From: an uncultured Verrucomicrobiae bacterium
Lineage (GTDB): Bacteria > Chlamydiota > Chlamydiia > Chlamydiales > Rhabdochlamydiaceae
DNA: 64,000 nucleotides
Direction of reading: 5' to 3'
Assembly (NCBI GenBank): GCA_963806855.1
Contig: CAWDYW010000003.1
Location: forward strand, 416,001-480,000
Shown here in pieces: positions 1 to 9,410 of this stretch; position 1 is the first letter of the stretch; each line of letters begins with the position of its first letter. A program made the translations under genes and the position numbers. A model generated the notes under the pieces. The model was given only the letters and a program-made list of their open reading frames with translations. It was not told the DNA's origin and did not search any database.

Positions 1-794
1 TGAGGGCAATAAAGAATATGAAGGCGAGTTCAAAGATGACAAGTTTAATGGACAGGGGATTGTCTACGATCCTAAAGGCACTAAACGATATGAGGGCGAG
101 TTCAAAGATGACAAGTTAAATGGACAGGGAACTTTTTACAACCCTGATGGCACTAAACAATATGAAGGCGAGTTCAAAGATGGCCAGCTAAATGAAAAGG
201 GAATTTACTATCATTCTGATGGCTCTAAATCTGTAGGAATATTCAAAGATGGTAAGCTAAATAAAGGGAACTCGCTACTCTTCTGAGGGCAATAAAGAAT
301 ATGAAGGCGAGTTCAAAGATGGCCTCCCGAATGGAAAGGGAATTCACTACTCTTCTGAGGGCAATAAAGAATATGAAGGCGAGTTCAAAGATGGCCTCCC
401 GAATGGAAAGGGAACTCGCTATTCTTCTGAGGGCAATAAAGAATATGAAGGCAAGTTCAAAGATTGCCGCCCGAATGGAAAGGGAATTTACTACTCTTCT
501 GAGGGCAATAAAGAATATGAAGGCGAGTTCAAGGATGGCCAACCAAATGGAAAGGGAACCTGCTACAATTCTGATGGCACTAAAGAATATAAAGGAGAGA
601 TGAAAGATGGCTTCCGAAATGGACAGGGAACTCGCTACAATTCTGATGGCACTAAATTTGAAGGAGAGTTCATAAATAACAAGCCTCATGGACTATTCAT
701 CGGTACTGACAGGCAACACCTAAGGTATTTCGCTAGATTTGAAAATGGGCTGCAACTCGAAGGTTGGCGGCCGGAAGAAGCTCTATCTACTTAG
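1..794 (+). pseudogene. MORN-repeat protein, copy 1 (5' end outside window; frameshift near 260)
   Basis: YEGEFKDG..NGKG repeats read in frame 2 from base 2 to a stop at ~284 and continue in frame 3 from ~264 to 794; C-terminus (..EEALST) matches copy 2. Confidence 0.75.
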
Positions 795-1087
795 AGGCTA
801 TTACCCAAATTAATTTTTTCAAGCTTTAGACGGCGTCAAAGGATTGTTCTTAAAAAAATTAATATATATTTATTGAAAACGGCCCGAACCTGTAATTGGA
901 CCTTCCATGATTTAAGGTGGTCCCATGCTAGTTAGTTTTCGGCAGGCTATTATTTATACTTAATAGATTGAATATAAAATAATTACCACATTAATAGCGC
1001 TCTTCAGCTGGCTCTTTAGACAAATATGGGTTTTTTATATATTTCTTGTTTTAAAAAATACATTAAATTGGTATAATTATTAATAAT

Positions 1088-2035
1088 ATGAACCATATAT
1101 CATTTGATTTATTATCTTTATTTTGGAATCGGGAGGTCAACGAACCTCCTCAGGGAGCTGATCAGCCCAATAGTGAGCCTACCGAAGGCCGAATTTCACT
1201 CTTATTCAGGTCAATATTTTCGCCTTGCAGTCATAAAGAATACACCTTATCTGAGGGCAGAAAATATAAAGGGGAATGGAAAGCCGGCAAGCCACATGGA
1301 AGAGGAATTCTTAGGTTTTCTAATGGTACGGTCCTCTTCGGGAAATTCCATAATGGTGAAATACATGGAAATGTAAGCCTAGTTTGTGAGGACGGCGAAA
1401 CCTATTTTGGGGAATACCGAGATAGCAAACGAAATGGACATGGAACTCTCTACTTTTCTAATGGCGGTAAATATGAAGGCGAGTTCAAAGATGACAAGGC
1501 AAATGGACAGGGAACTCTCTACTACCCTGATGTCACTAAACTATACGAAGGCGAGTTCAAAGATTACAAGTTTAATGGACAGGGAACTCTCTACTATTCT
1601 AATGGCGAAAAATATGTAGGCAAGTTCAAAGATAACAAGTTTAATGGACAGGGAACTCTCTACTTTTCTAATGGCGCTAAACGATATGAAGGCGAGTTCA
1701 AAGATGGCCTTCTAAATGGACGAGCAACTGACTACTACCCTAATGGCACTAAACGATATGAAAGCAAGTACAAAGATGGCCTTCTAAATGGACGAGGAAC
1801 TAACTACTTCCCTGATGGCACTAAACGATATGAAGGCGAGTTCAAAGATGACATGAGACATGGACGAGGAACTGAATACAGCGATAATGGCATTAAACTT
1901 GAAGGCGAATTCATACATAACCGCCGTCATGGAATTTTCATCGGGACTGAGGCAGATCAGCGAAGGTATCGGGCTGAATTTCAAGATGGGCAACAACTTG
2001 GGCCCTGGATTTTAGAAGCAGCTCTATCTACTTAG
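1088..2035 (+). CDS. MORN-repeat protein, copy 2
   Basis: Repeated YEGEFKDxxxNGxGTxYxxNG units; N-terminus nearly identical to copy 3. Confidence 0.9.
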   Translation: MNHISFDLLSLFWNREVNEPPQGADQPNSEPTEGRISLLFRSIFSPCSHKEYTLSEGRKYKGEWKAGKPHGRGILRFSNGTVLFGKFHNGEIHGNVSLVCEDGETYFGEYRDSKRNGHGTLYFSNGGKYEGEFKDDKANGQGTLYYPDVTKLYEGEFKDYKFNGQGTLYYSNGEKYVGKFKDNKFNGQGTLYFSNGAKRYEGEFKDGLLNGRATDYYPNGTKRYESKYKDGLLNGRGTNYFPDGTKRYEGEFKDDMRHGRGTEYSDNGIKLEGEFIHNRRHGIFIGTEADQRRYRAEFQDGQQLGPWILEAALST

Positions 2036-2331
2036 AGGCTATTACCCAAATAAATTTTTTGAAGCTGAGATGGCATCAAAGGATTGTTTCTTAAAAAAAT
2101 TAACCTTTATTTGTTGAAAACGGGCGGAACCGGTGCAATTGGACCTCCCAAGATTTAAGGTGTTCCATGCTAATAAAGTTAGTTTTCGGCATGCTATTAT
2201 TTATACTTAATAGATTGAATATAAAATATTACCACAATAAGAGCGCTCTTCATCTGGCTCTTTAGATAAATATTGGTTTTTATATATCTTGTTTGAAAAA
2301 AATACATTAAATTGATATAATTGTTATTAAT

Positions 2332-3285
2332 ATGAACCATATATCATTTGATCTAGTATCTTTATTTTGGAATCGTGGGATCAACGAATCTCCTCAGGGA
2401 GCTGATCAGCTCAATAGTGAGCCCACCGAAGGCCGAATCTCTCGCTTATACAGGTCAATATTTTCGCCTTGCAGTTATAAAGAATACACCTTATCTGATG
2501 GCAAAAAATATAAAGGGGAATGGAAAGCCGGCAAGCCACATGGAAGAGGAATTCTTAGGCTTTCTAATGGTAATGTCCTCTTCGGGAAATTCCATAATGG
2601 TAAAATACATGGAAATGTAAGCCTATTTTGTGAGGACGGCAAAACCTATTTTGGGGAATACCGAGATAGCAAACGAAATGGACATGGAACTCTCTACTCT
2701 TCTGATGGCACTAAACGATATGAAGGCGAGTTCAAAGATGACAGGGCAAATGGACGAGGAACTGACTACTTCCCTGATGGCACTAAACAATATGAAGGCG
2801 AGTTCAAAGATGGCCTTCGAAATGGACGAGGAACTTTCTACAACCCTAATGGCGCTAAACAATATGAAGGCGAGTTCAAAGATGGCTTATCAAATGGACG
2901 AGGAACTGAATACCGCGATAATGGCACTAAACAATATGAAGGCGAGTTCAAATACGGCAACCGATATGGACGAGGAACTGAATACCGCGATAATGGCACT
3001 AAACGATACGAAGGCGAGTTCAAAGATGACAAGGCAAATGGACGAGGAACTGAATACCGCGTTAATGGCACTAAACAATATGAAGGCGAGTTCAAATACG
3101 GCAACCGATATGGACGAGGAACTGAATACCGCGATAATGGCACTAAACTTGAAGGCGAATACATAGTTAACCGCCCTCATGGAATTTTCATCAGGACTGA
3201 CACAGATCACCGAAGGTATCGGGCTGAACTTCAATATGGGCAACAAATGGGGGGTTGGCGGCCGGAAGAAGCCCAACCTAATTAG
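2332..3285 (+). CDS. MORN-repeat protein, copy 3
   Basis: Same repeat units; paralog of 1088..2035. Confidence 0.9.
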   Translation: MNHISFDLVSLFWNRGINESPQGADQLNSEPTEGRISRLYRSIFSPCSYKEYTLSDGKKYKGEWKAGKPHGRGILRLSNGNVLFGKFHNGKIHGNVSLFCEDGKTYFGEYRDSKRNGHGTLYSSDGTKRYEGEFKDDRANGRGTDYFPDGTKQYEGEFKDGLRNGRGTFYNPNGAKQYEGEFKDGLSNGRGTEYRDNGTKQYEGEFKYGNRYGRGTEYRDNGTKRYEGEFKDDKANGRGTEYRVNGTKQYEGEFKYGNRYGRGTEYRDNGTKLEGEYIVNRPHGIFIRTDTDHRRYRAELQYGQQMGGWRPEEAQPN

Positions 3286-3413
3286 TGTGATGTAAAATAA
3301 ATTTTTTAATCTTTAGGCTCCATCAAAGGATTGTTCTTAAAAAAATTAATCTCTATTTGTTGAAAACGGGCGGAACCGGTACAATTGAACCTTCCATGAT
3401 TTAAGGTGGGTCC

Positions 3414-5456
3414 ATGCTCAGTTTCTTTCGCAAGTACCAAAAAGGGTTCTTCTTTGTAGTCACGTTTTTTATCGTGATCTCATTCGTGTTTTTCGGAACA
3501 TATGGCGCTTTCACAAAAGGCGAGGAGCTCCCTGATCGGGAGATTGGTCGTCTTGTCGATGGCTCAGCGCTGAAGGAGCAAAAACTTTATGCCCTCATGC
3601 GCCTATTGCAATATGGGGCAGAAGAGGGGGGACACAATGTCAACTTGCTCTCCGATAGCATGGTCCATCGCGATCTCATTCTGTCCGGTTTAGGGGAAAT
3701 GATTGCGGAGCACCACTTTGATGAGATTAAAGAGGAGCTCTCTGCTAGATGGAAACGTGCCAAGCACTATAGTCCCTATGTTCACCCTTATAATTCTGCC
3801 ATCAGCGCAAAAAATATCTGGTCACAGTACTGCCCCAAGCTACTTGTGCTTCTCGAAGAGCTGAAAAAAGCGCCTGAGGAATTCTCTAAAGAGCAGCTGC
3901 CGCTATTGTTCGAGCTGTATGTCGCCCAAGCTGATTTTCCCCCTCCTCTCCTTCATCAGATGCTCTACTACCAGCAAGGCCAACAGACACGTCCAGATCC
4001 TGGATTGCCACAGGCTAACGTCGCTTTGTTCGGATTTGACTCGGTCTCCGATTGGTTTGGCGAGAAATTTGTCGAAGAGGTGGGTAAGCTGGTCCTCAAT
4101 TGCGCCTGCATCGCTCGTGAAGAGGGGTATAAGGTGAGCAAGGAAGAGGCGAAAATCGATCTTTATTCTAATGTCTATCGAGGACTAAAGGCTTATAGTC
4201 AGGGGAATACACCCACAAATGAAGAGGCTCAAAAGGTCTTCAGTCAACAGATCCGGATGATCGGATTGGATGAGAACCAGGCCACAAACCTCTGGCGTGA
4301 GGTGCTCCATTTCCGCCGGATGTTGGGTGAGGTGGGCAATGCGGTTTTTGTCGATAGCTTGGCCTATAACCAGTTTAAAAGCTTTGCCAAGCCTGCGCAG
4401 CGGATTTGTCGCTACTCGCTTCCCCAGAATCTGCAGTTTGCCAATTTCCGCGAAATGATCAAGTTCCAGCGCTATTTAGAGATCGTAGCTGTTGGTGACT
4501 TTGTCGATCTTCCCAAGAGTTTACGCAAAGCTGAAGAGGTGATGAACTCTCATCCAGAATTGGTCTATAAGGAGTTTGAGCTCGAAGTGGCGACAGCGAC
4601 TAAGGATGATGCCGCAGCTCAAGTGAGCCTGAAAGAGACTTGGAAATGGGAAGGAGAAAACTTCGATCTGCTTAGAAAGGAATTTCCAAGCATTGTCAAT
4701 TGCAAATCGGAAGAATTCGAAGCGAGAATGAATGCACTTGACAAATTAGATGAAGTGACCCGCTTTAAAGTCGATCAATTTGCTCGCGGCGCCATTGTCG
4801 AAGCTGATGGCAGCCGAATCGATGAGGCGCTGAAACATGCTCGAGGAGAGACAAAGAATGTGAAAGTGGCCCTTGGAAAATTGGACAATTTTTTTTCTGG
4901 CCAGCATTTCTTAGCTCTTCTTGAAGTCGAAGATCCAGCTCTTGCCCGCTTCAGCGTCGATGGGGAAGTCTTCTATTCGATACGAGTATTGGAAAAAGGA
5001 AAAGGATGGAAGCTGTTTTCATTTGAAGAGGCCGATATGGACCGGCTCCTCGATAAATTCCTGCTCACTGCCTATAAGGAAACAAGCGATCAGGTGGCTG
5101 CTAAGATGTATGCCGATGTGCTTAAGTCGATCGATATCAAGACAAATCAGCTCGACGAATATGCCAAACATCGATTCGATCGGTATCTGACTTCGATGCG
5201 CAAATTGGCGATCGAAAACCCTGCCGCTTTTGAACAAGCTCAAGATGGCATGTGGGCCCTTGTCGTGCGCGAAGAGACTGTCAATGAGCCTACTTTGGCC
5301 GTTGGGGAGTTTTCACCGGTGAAAGATGGCCAATTTTTTAAACTGCTTGAGATCGTCGAAAACAGCGCGACCGATTCTGAGATCGCCTCGGTGAAAGAGC
5401 ATCTTAAACGGGATGCAGAGCAAGAGCTAATGCGCAAATTGTTAAAAAGGCTCTAA
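3414..5456 (+). CDS. Conserved chlamydial protein with N-terminal membrane anchor (CT283-like; SurA/PpiD-like N-terminus)
   Basis: 680-aa ORF starting MLSFFRKYQK plus TM helix; near gcvH as in Chlamydia. Confidence 0.65.
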   Translation: MLSFFRKYQKGFFFVVTFFIVISFVFFGTYGAFTKGEELPDREIGRLVDGSALKEQKLYALMRLLQYGAEEGGHNVNLLSDSMVHRDLILSGLGEMIAEHHFDEIKEELSARWKRAKHYSPYVHPYNSAISAKNIWSQYCPKLLVLLEELKKAPEEFSKEQLPLLFELYVAQADFPPPLLHQMLYYQQGQQTRPDPGLPQANVALFGFDSVSDWFGEKFVEEVGKLVLNCACIAREEGYKVSKEEAKIDLYSNVYRGLKAYSQGNTPTNEEAQKVFSQQIRMIGLDENQATNLWREVLHFRRMLGEVGNAVFVDSLAYNQFKSFAKPAQRICRYSLPQNLQFANFREMIKFQRYLEIVAVGDFVDLPKSLRKAEEVMNSHPELVYKEFELEVATATKDDAAAQVSLKETWKWEGENFDLLRKEFPSIVNCKSEEFEARMNALDKLDEVTRFKVDQFARGAIVEADGSRIDEALKHARGETKNVKVALGKLDNFFSGQHFLALLEVEDPALARFSVDGEVFYSIRVLEKGKGWKLFSFEEADMDRLLDKFLLTAYKETSDQVAAKMYADVLKSIDIKTNQLDEYAKHRFDRYLTSMRKLAIENPAAFEQAQDGMWALVVREETVNEPTLAVGEFSPVKDGQFFKLLEIVENSATDSEIASVKEHLKRDAEQELMRKLLKRL

Positions 5457-6049
5457 TGGAAGAGAATCTCGACCATATTTCCCCGATTCTGCCGATCGAT
5501 TTTTTCAGCGCGCAAATCGATTTATTCGAGGTGGAAAAGGGGATGCTGAAAAAAAAGCATGTTCTTCCCGATTTCTCTGATCTCCTCTCGGAAGACCGTT
5601 TTGCTGATGTCGCGATGGGATGGGAGCAGAAGGGGCTCCACTTTGCAATCGACATGCATCATCCATATGCCGATGGGGATAGTGTCGAGCTTCTCATCGA
5701 CACGCGCGATCTTAAAACAGCAGGTTTTCTGACCCGTTTTTGCCACTATTTTCTGATCGAGGGGAGCACGGCACAAGAGCTCACGACGTTTCGAACCGAC
5801 GACAAGCATGAGCTCTGTGATTCAAGTTTGATTGAAGTGAAGAATACCTCTCAGAAGAAAAATTATTCCTTAACTATCTTTATCCCTGCCGAGTGTCTGC
5901 ACGGATATGATCCCTCTTCGTTCGATCGACTGGGCTTTACCTACCGGATCAACCGCTCTGGAGGGAATCCACAACATTTCGTTCTCTCTTCCGACACCTA
6001 TGCCATTGAAAAAGAGCCTAGCCTCTGGAGCTCACTTCTTTTCAAATAG
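5456..6049 (+). CDS. Hypothetical protein (possible CBM9/DOMON-like beta fold)
   Basis: 197-aa ORF coupled to upstream gene (TAATG overlap); fold call is tentative. Confidence 0.6.
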   Translation: MEENLDHISPILPIDFFSAQIDLFEVEKGMLKKKHVLPDFSDLLSEDRFADVAMGWEQKGLHFAIDMHHPYADGDSVELLIDTRDLKTAGFLTRFCHYFLIEGSTAQELTTFRTDDKHELCDSSLIEVKNTSQKKNYSLTIFIPAECLHGYDPSSFDRLGFTYRINRSGGNPQHFVLSSDTYAIEKEPSLWSSLLFK

Positions 6050-7210
6050 AGTATAGTCAAGTGGCGGAGTTGGACTTAATTCAAGGGGCTCAGTATCAGC
6101 CCGCTGAATCTCTGGCGCCTTGCCTGGGATCATCGTGGCGACAACGGCCGTCACATTATCGGTGCTCTTTTTAGTTTTTAAGGCATACTCCACCGCAATT
6201 TTGGCAAAATCGGCGTTCGGATCTAGCCAATTCGTTGCGAATAGATCTTGAAGTTCTTGTATCGATGCGAAATCAAATAATCCATCGCAAGCGCAGAGGA
6301 TACGATCTCCCGGTTTGAGTTGAAGTCGTGAACAGACCGGCGTATGGGTTAGGGCAGTTTGGCCACGCACTTTGGCCTGGTGATCGGCTAAAGTGCTCGC
6401 AAGGTTAAGCCCGGCAAAGCGCCGCTCTTTTCCTTGAAGTTTTTCCCATTCTGCAAACTCTTCCGCTGTCAGAATCTGCCTGACCCTCTCTATACATTCC
6501 GGTGTATCCCAATTGATGATCGGCGACATCGGAATCGCGTACACGCAGCCTTTGTGCTCACGGAAGACGACAATTTTAGAATCGCCAATGTTGCCGACGT
6601 TTAAAATCCCGTTTATCTTTTCGATAAAAGCGATCGCCGCAGTTGTCCCGGCAACGATATTTTTAGGAAGCTCCTCATGGGTCTTTTCAGCCCAGGTTTC
6701 ACATGCAGATTGAAAATGAAAATTGTCGGAGTGAAATTGCTTAATCAGACCTTCTCTTGCAGAGTTCACGACCTCTGTTGCCATTCTGAGCCCATCTGTT
6801 TCCTCTCCACGGCGTAACTTTTTTTTAGGAGGTGAATGCCCATCACAAACGAGAATCAACGTTCCAAGTGGTCCAGATTCTACAAGGTGTCTGTCCTCCA
6901 TTGAGGGACGAATATCCCCTTTCTCTGAGCAATCGGTCGATTCTACGTGAAATTGTTCTAATAATCGCTTCTTTGAGAAAAGAGAGTTGTCTCTAATAAG
7001 CCCATGGTCTTGATCGGCCTTAAGTCGGTTGGCATCGAGTTTAGCGGCAGGCCCATGCGTCAGAGGTGGGATAGTGTGAAGGAACCTGGGGTCGAGCGTG
7101 CCGAGAGTAAAACTTCTTGGGGATAAATTAGTTGCATCGTCTTCCCCAAGCAACGGTGCTGAATTATGGTGTTGAAAAGGATCAGGTGAAGGTGCGGGAC
7201 TTATTTCCAT
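6032..7210 (-). CDS. PP2C/PPM-family Ser/Thr phosphatase with low-complexity N-terminus (candidate effector)
   Basis: Motifs MEDRH, VCDGH, GTTA, NIGDS, CDGLFD, DNVT. Confidence 0.88.
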   Translation of the reverse strand: MEISPAPSPDPFQHHNSAPLLGEDDATNLSPRSFTLGTLDPRFLHTIPPLTHGPAAKLDANRLKADQDHGLIRDNSLFSKKRLLEQFHVESTDCSEKGDIRPSMEDRHLVESGPLGTLILVCDGHSPPKKKLRRGEETDGLRMATEVVNSAREGLIKQFHSDNFHFQSACETWAEKTHEELPKNIVAGTTAAIAFIEKINGILNVGNIGDSKIVVFREHKGCVYAIPMSPIINWDTPECIERVRQILTAEEFAEWEKLQGKERRFAGLNLASTLADHQAKVRGQTALTHTPVCSRLQLKPGDRILCACDGLFDFASIQELQDLFATNWLDPNADFAKIAVEYALKTKKSTDNVTAVVATMIPGKAPEIQRADTEPLELSPTPPLDYTLFEKK

Positions 7211-7275
7211 AGATACCTCCTATGATTTGAGAAAATGATAGCATAATCGAGAAATTTCGTGTAAAATCGGGGCTT

Positions 7276-7635
7276 ATGAGATACACAGAATCACATGAAT
7301 GGATCGCTGTTAAAAATAGTTCTGGTAGGGTAGGGATTTCGTCCTACGCACAGGAAGAACTAGGAGACGTGGTCTATATTCAACTCCCGAAAATTGGACA
7401 GAAAGTCGAAGCTGGAGAAGAGGTCGCGATCCTCGAATCGACCAAAGCGGCCGCCGATATCTATAGTCCTGTCTCGGGTGTGATTGCAGCTGTCAATCAA
7501 AAACTGTTAGAAACGATTAATTTACTCAATATTTCCCCCGAGCAAGAGGGGTGGCTCTATGAAATTGCTTTATCTGATCCATCTGAACTTGACACCTTGC
7601 TCGATGAAGAGCAGTATCATCAGATGATTTCTTAA
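7276..7635 (+). CDS. gcvH: Glycine cleavage system H protein
   Basis: MRYTESHEW, ELGDVVY, lipoyl-Lys motif ESTKAAADIYSPVSG. Confidence 0.96.
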   Translation: MRYTESHEWIAVKNSSGRVGISSYAQEELGDVVYIQLPKIGQKVEAGEEVAILESTKAAADIYSPVSGVIAAVNQKLLETINLLNISPEQEGWLYEIALSDPSELDTLLDEEQYHQMIS

Positions 7636-7756
7636 GAGTAATTAATAGTGCCCAAAAAATATACGCGTAAGTGAAGATTCATCCCCACAAAGGGCACATT
7701 TTCACCTAGTAAGTTGGGTTAATAGTCACTTATCACTGGGCAGAGGTTAAAAAAAC

Positions 7757-7784
7757 TTGATTTTACAGAAGGATATGGTAAAAT
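7757..7784 (+). promoter_or_regulatory. Putative sigma70-type promoter of the TnpB-like gene
   Basis: TTGATT-16nt-TAAAAT upstream of 7831. Confidence 0.4.
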
Positions 7785-7830
7785 CTTTCCATCTGGCAGC
7801 AGTAAAAATAAATCAAAATGGTAATAGATA

Positions 7831-9318
7831 TTGAGAACAGTTAAGCGTAAAACTTTACAACCTAATGCGAAAAAACGGATTGCTCTCTATGAACTATGCC
7901 GTAGGTATACCCATGAAAAACAGTATTGGCTTCACCGTTTCCAAGCCTGGGACTTCCAAGCTCTTTTAGGCAGATCTCGTACTATCCGTGACATGATGAT
8001 CAAACAAGGTTATATATCTTGCCTTGGATTACAAGCTCGTCATTGGAAACTTGCCCTTGAAGATGCAGCAGAAACTTGGAACAAGTACTGGCAAGCCACC
8101 TTTGTTAAAGTCCGCTCAAAGATAGCTCGCCGCAAAGATCTCTCCGAGACAGAGCGACATTACGCCCATTGGCTCCTAAAGAGCTATACACCATTTGCAG
8201 CAATGATGCAAGGAAACAGCCCTGATCCTTCCTTCCCAATCGAAAAATCTGATAAAAGGCGCGTTGCAGGATATGTACGAAGACTCATCAGAGAGTGCAA
8301 AGGGAAACCTCCGATGGTTAAAAAATGTAGAAGCGTTCGATTTGATGCCAATTGTTACGATGTGTTTGAAGAAAAGGGGCGCCAATACATCAAACTCATG
8401 TCCCTTACACCAGGCAAACGGATTTGTATACCCCTCTGCGGCAAAACAACTATTTCCGGCACAATCACACTCGTCATGACAGAGGACAACGCTGATCTTC
8501 ACGTACCACAAGAATTAAAAAAGAAAACGCTTCCTAGAACACCCCCAGAGGCGGTTGACTTTGGCTATACCGAAGTGATGACAGATACCCAAGGAACTCG
8601 CTATGGAACGCAATTTGGCACAACTCTCACCAAAAGTTCAGATGCTCTGTCATGAAAAGATGCAAAAAACGGCACAAACTGCACTCCCTTGAGAAAAAAC
8701 AGAGAAATTCCAATCCGGAAAAAGCAGACGGCTTCAAAAATACAATCTTGGAACAGAAAAAACAGCATTCCAAATGCAAACGAGTCAAAGCTACATCTAG
8801 AAAAAGAAATCAATACCGCCATCAATCAACTCATCCAAACTAAAAAGCCCTCCATCTTAGTCACAGAAGATTTACGACATGCCTTCACATATGACAAGCC
8901 CAAGCAAGTGAACAGAAGATTATCCTCTTGGATGAGAGGCAAACTACAAGATCGAGTTAGCTTTTAAAGCGTTGGCGGAAGGTTTCCGTCATGAGCAGGT
9001 CAATCCGGCCTATGGATCTCAAAGCTGTCCCATTCTGCGAATTTGTGGATCATACGAAATCGCAACGAAGATAGTTTTAAGTGTCTACATTGTGGACATG
9101 AGGACATATCAGATCGGGTTGCCGCATTGAACTATGCCAGAAGATTTGGCGATCCTGAGATCGGACGGTATACGCCTTACCGTCAAGTAAAAACCATTCT
9201 TCTGAACAGGTTCCATCGCCGATTGGAAACGGGGCAACCCGTGACTGTTCCGGGCAGGACTCTAGAAACCGTAGTAGGGATGCATCCACCATCCCTATCG
9301 AGACTGAAAATGTCATAG
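7831..9318 (+). pseudogene. tnpB: Frameshifted TnpB (IS200/IS605/IS607-type RNA-guided nuclease), no tnpA
   Basis: RuvC-I AVDFG, RuvC-II VTEDL, Zn ribbon (..CLHCGH), RuvC-III SDRVAALN spread over four or more reading frames. Confidence 0.8.
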
Positions 9319-9410
9319 CCGGAAGAGAGAAATCTCGCAAAAACCGGACGGTCAATCAGAGAGCGAAACAAAAATAAACACGTTTTAACACGTTTTTAGG
9401 AACAGGTCCT

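Noticed and set aside
1..3285. CRISPR array or DGR in the repeated region
   Set aside because: Repeats are in-frame MORN coding units with no unique spacers; no cas or reverse transcriptase gene in the window
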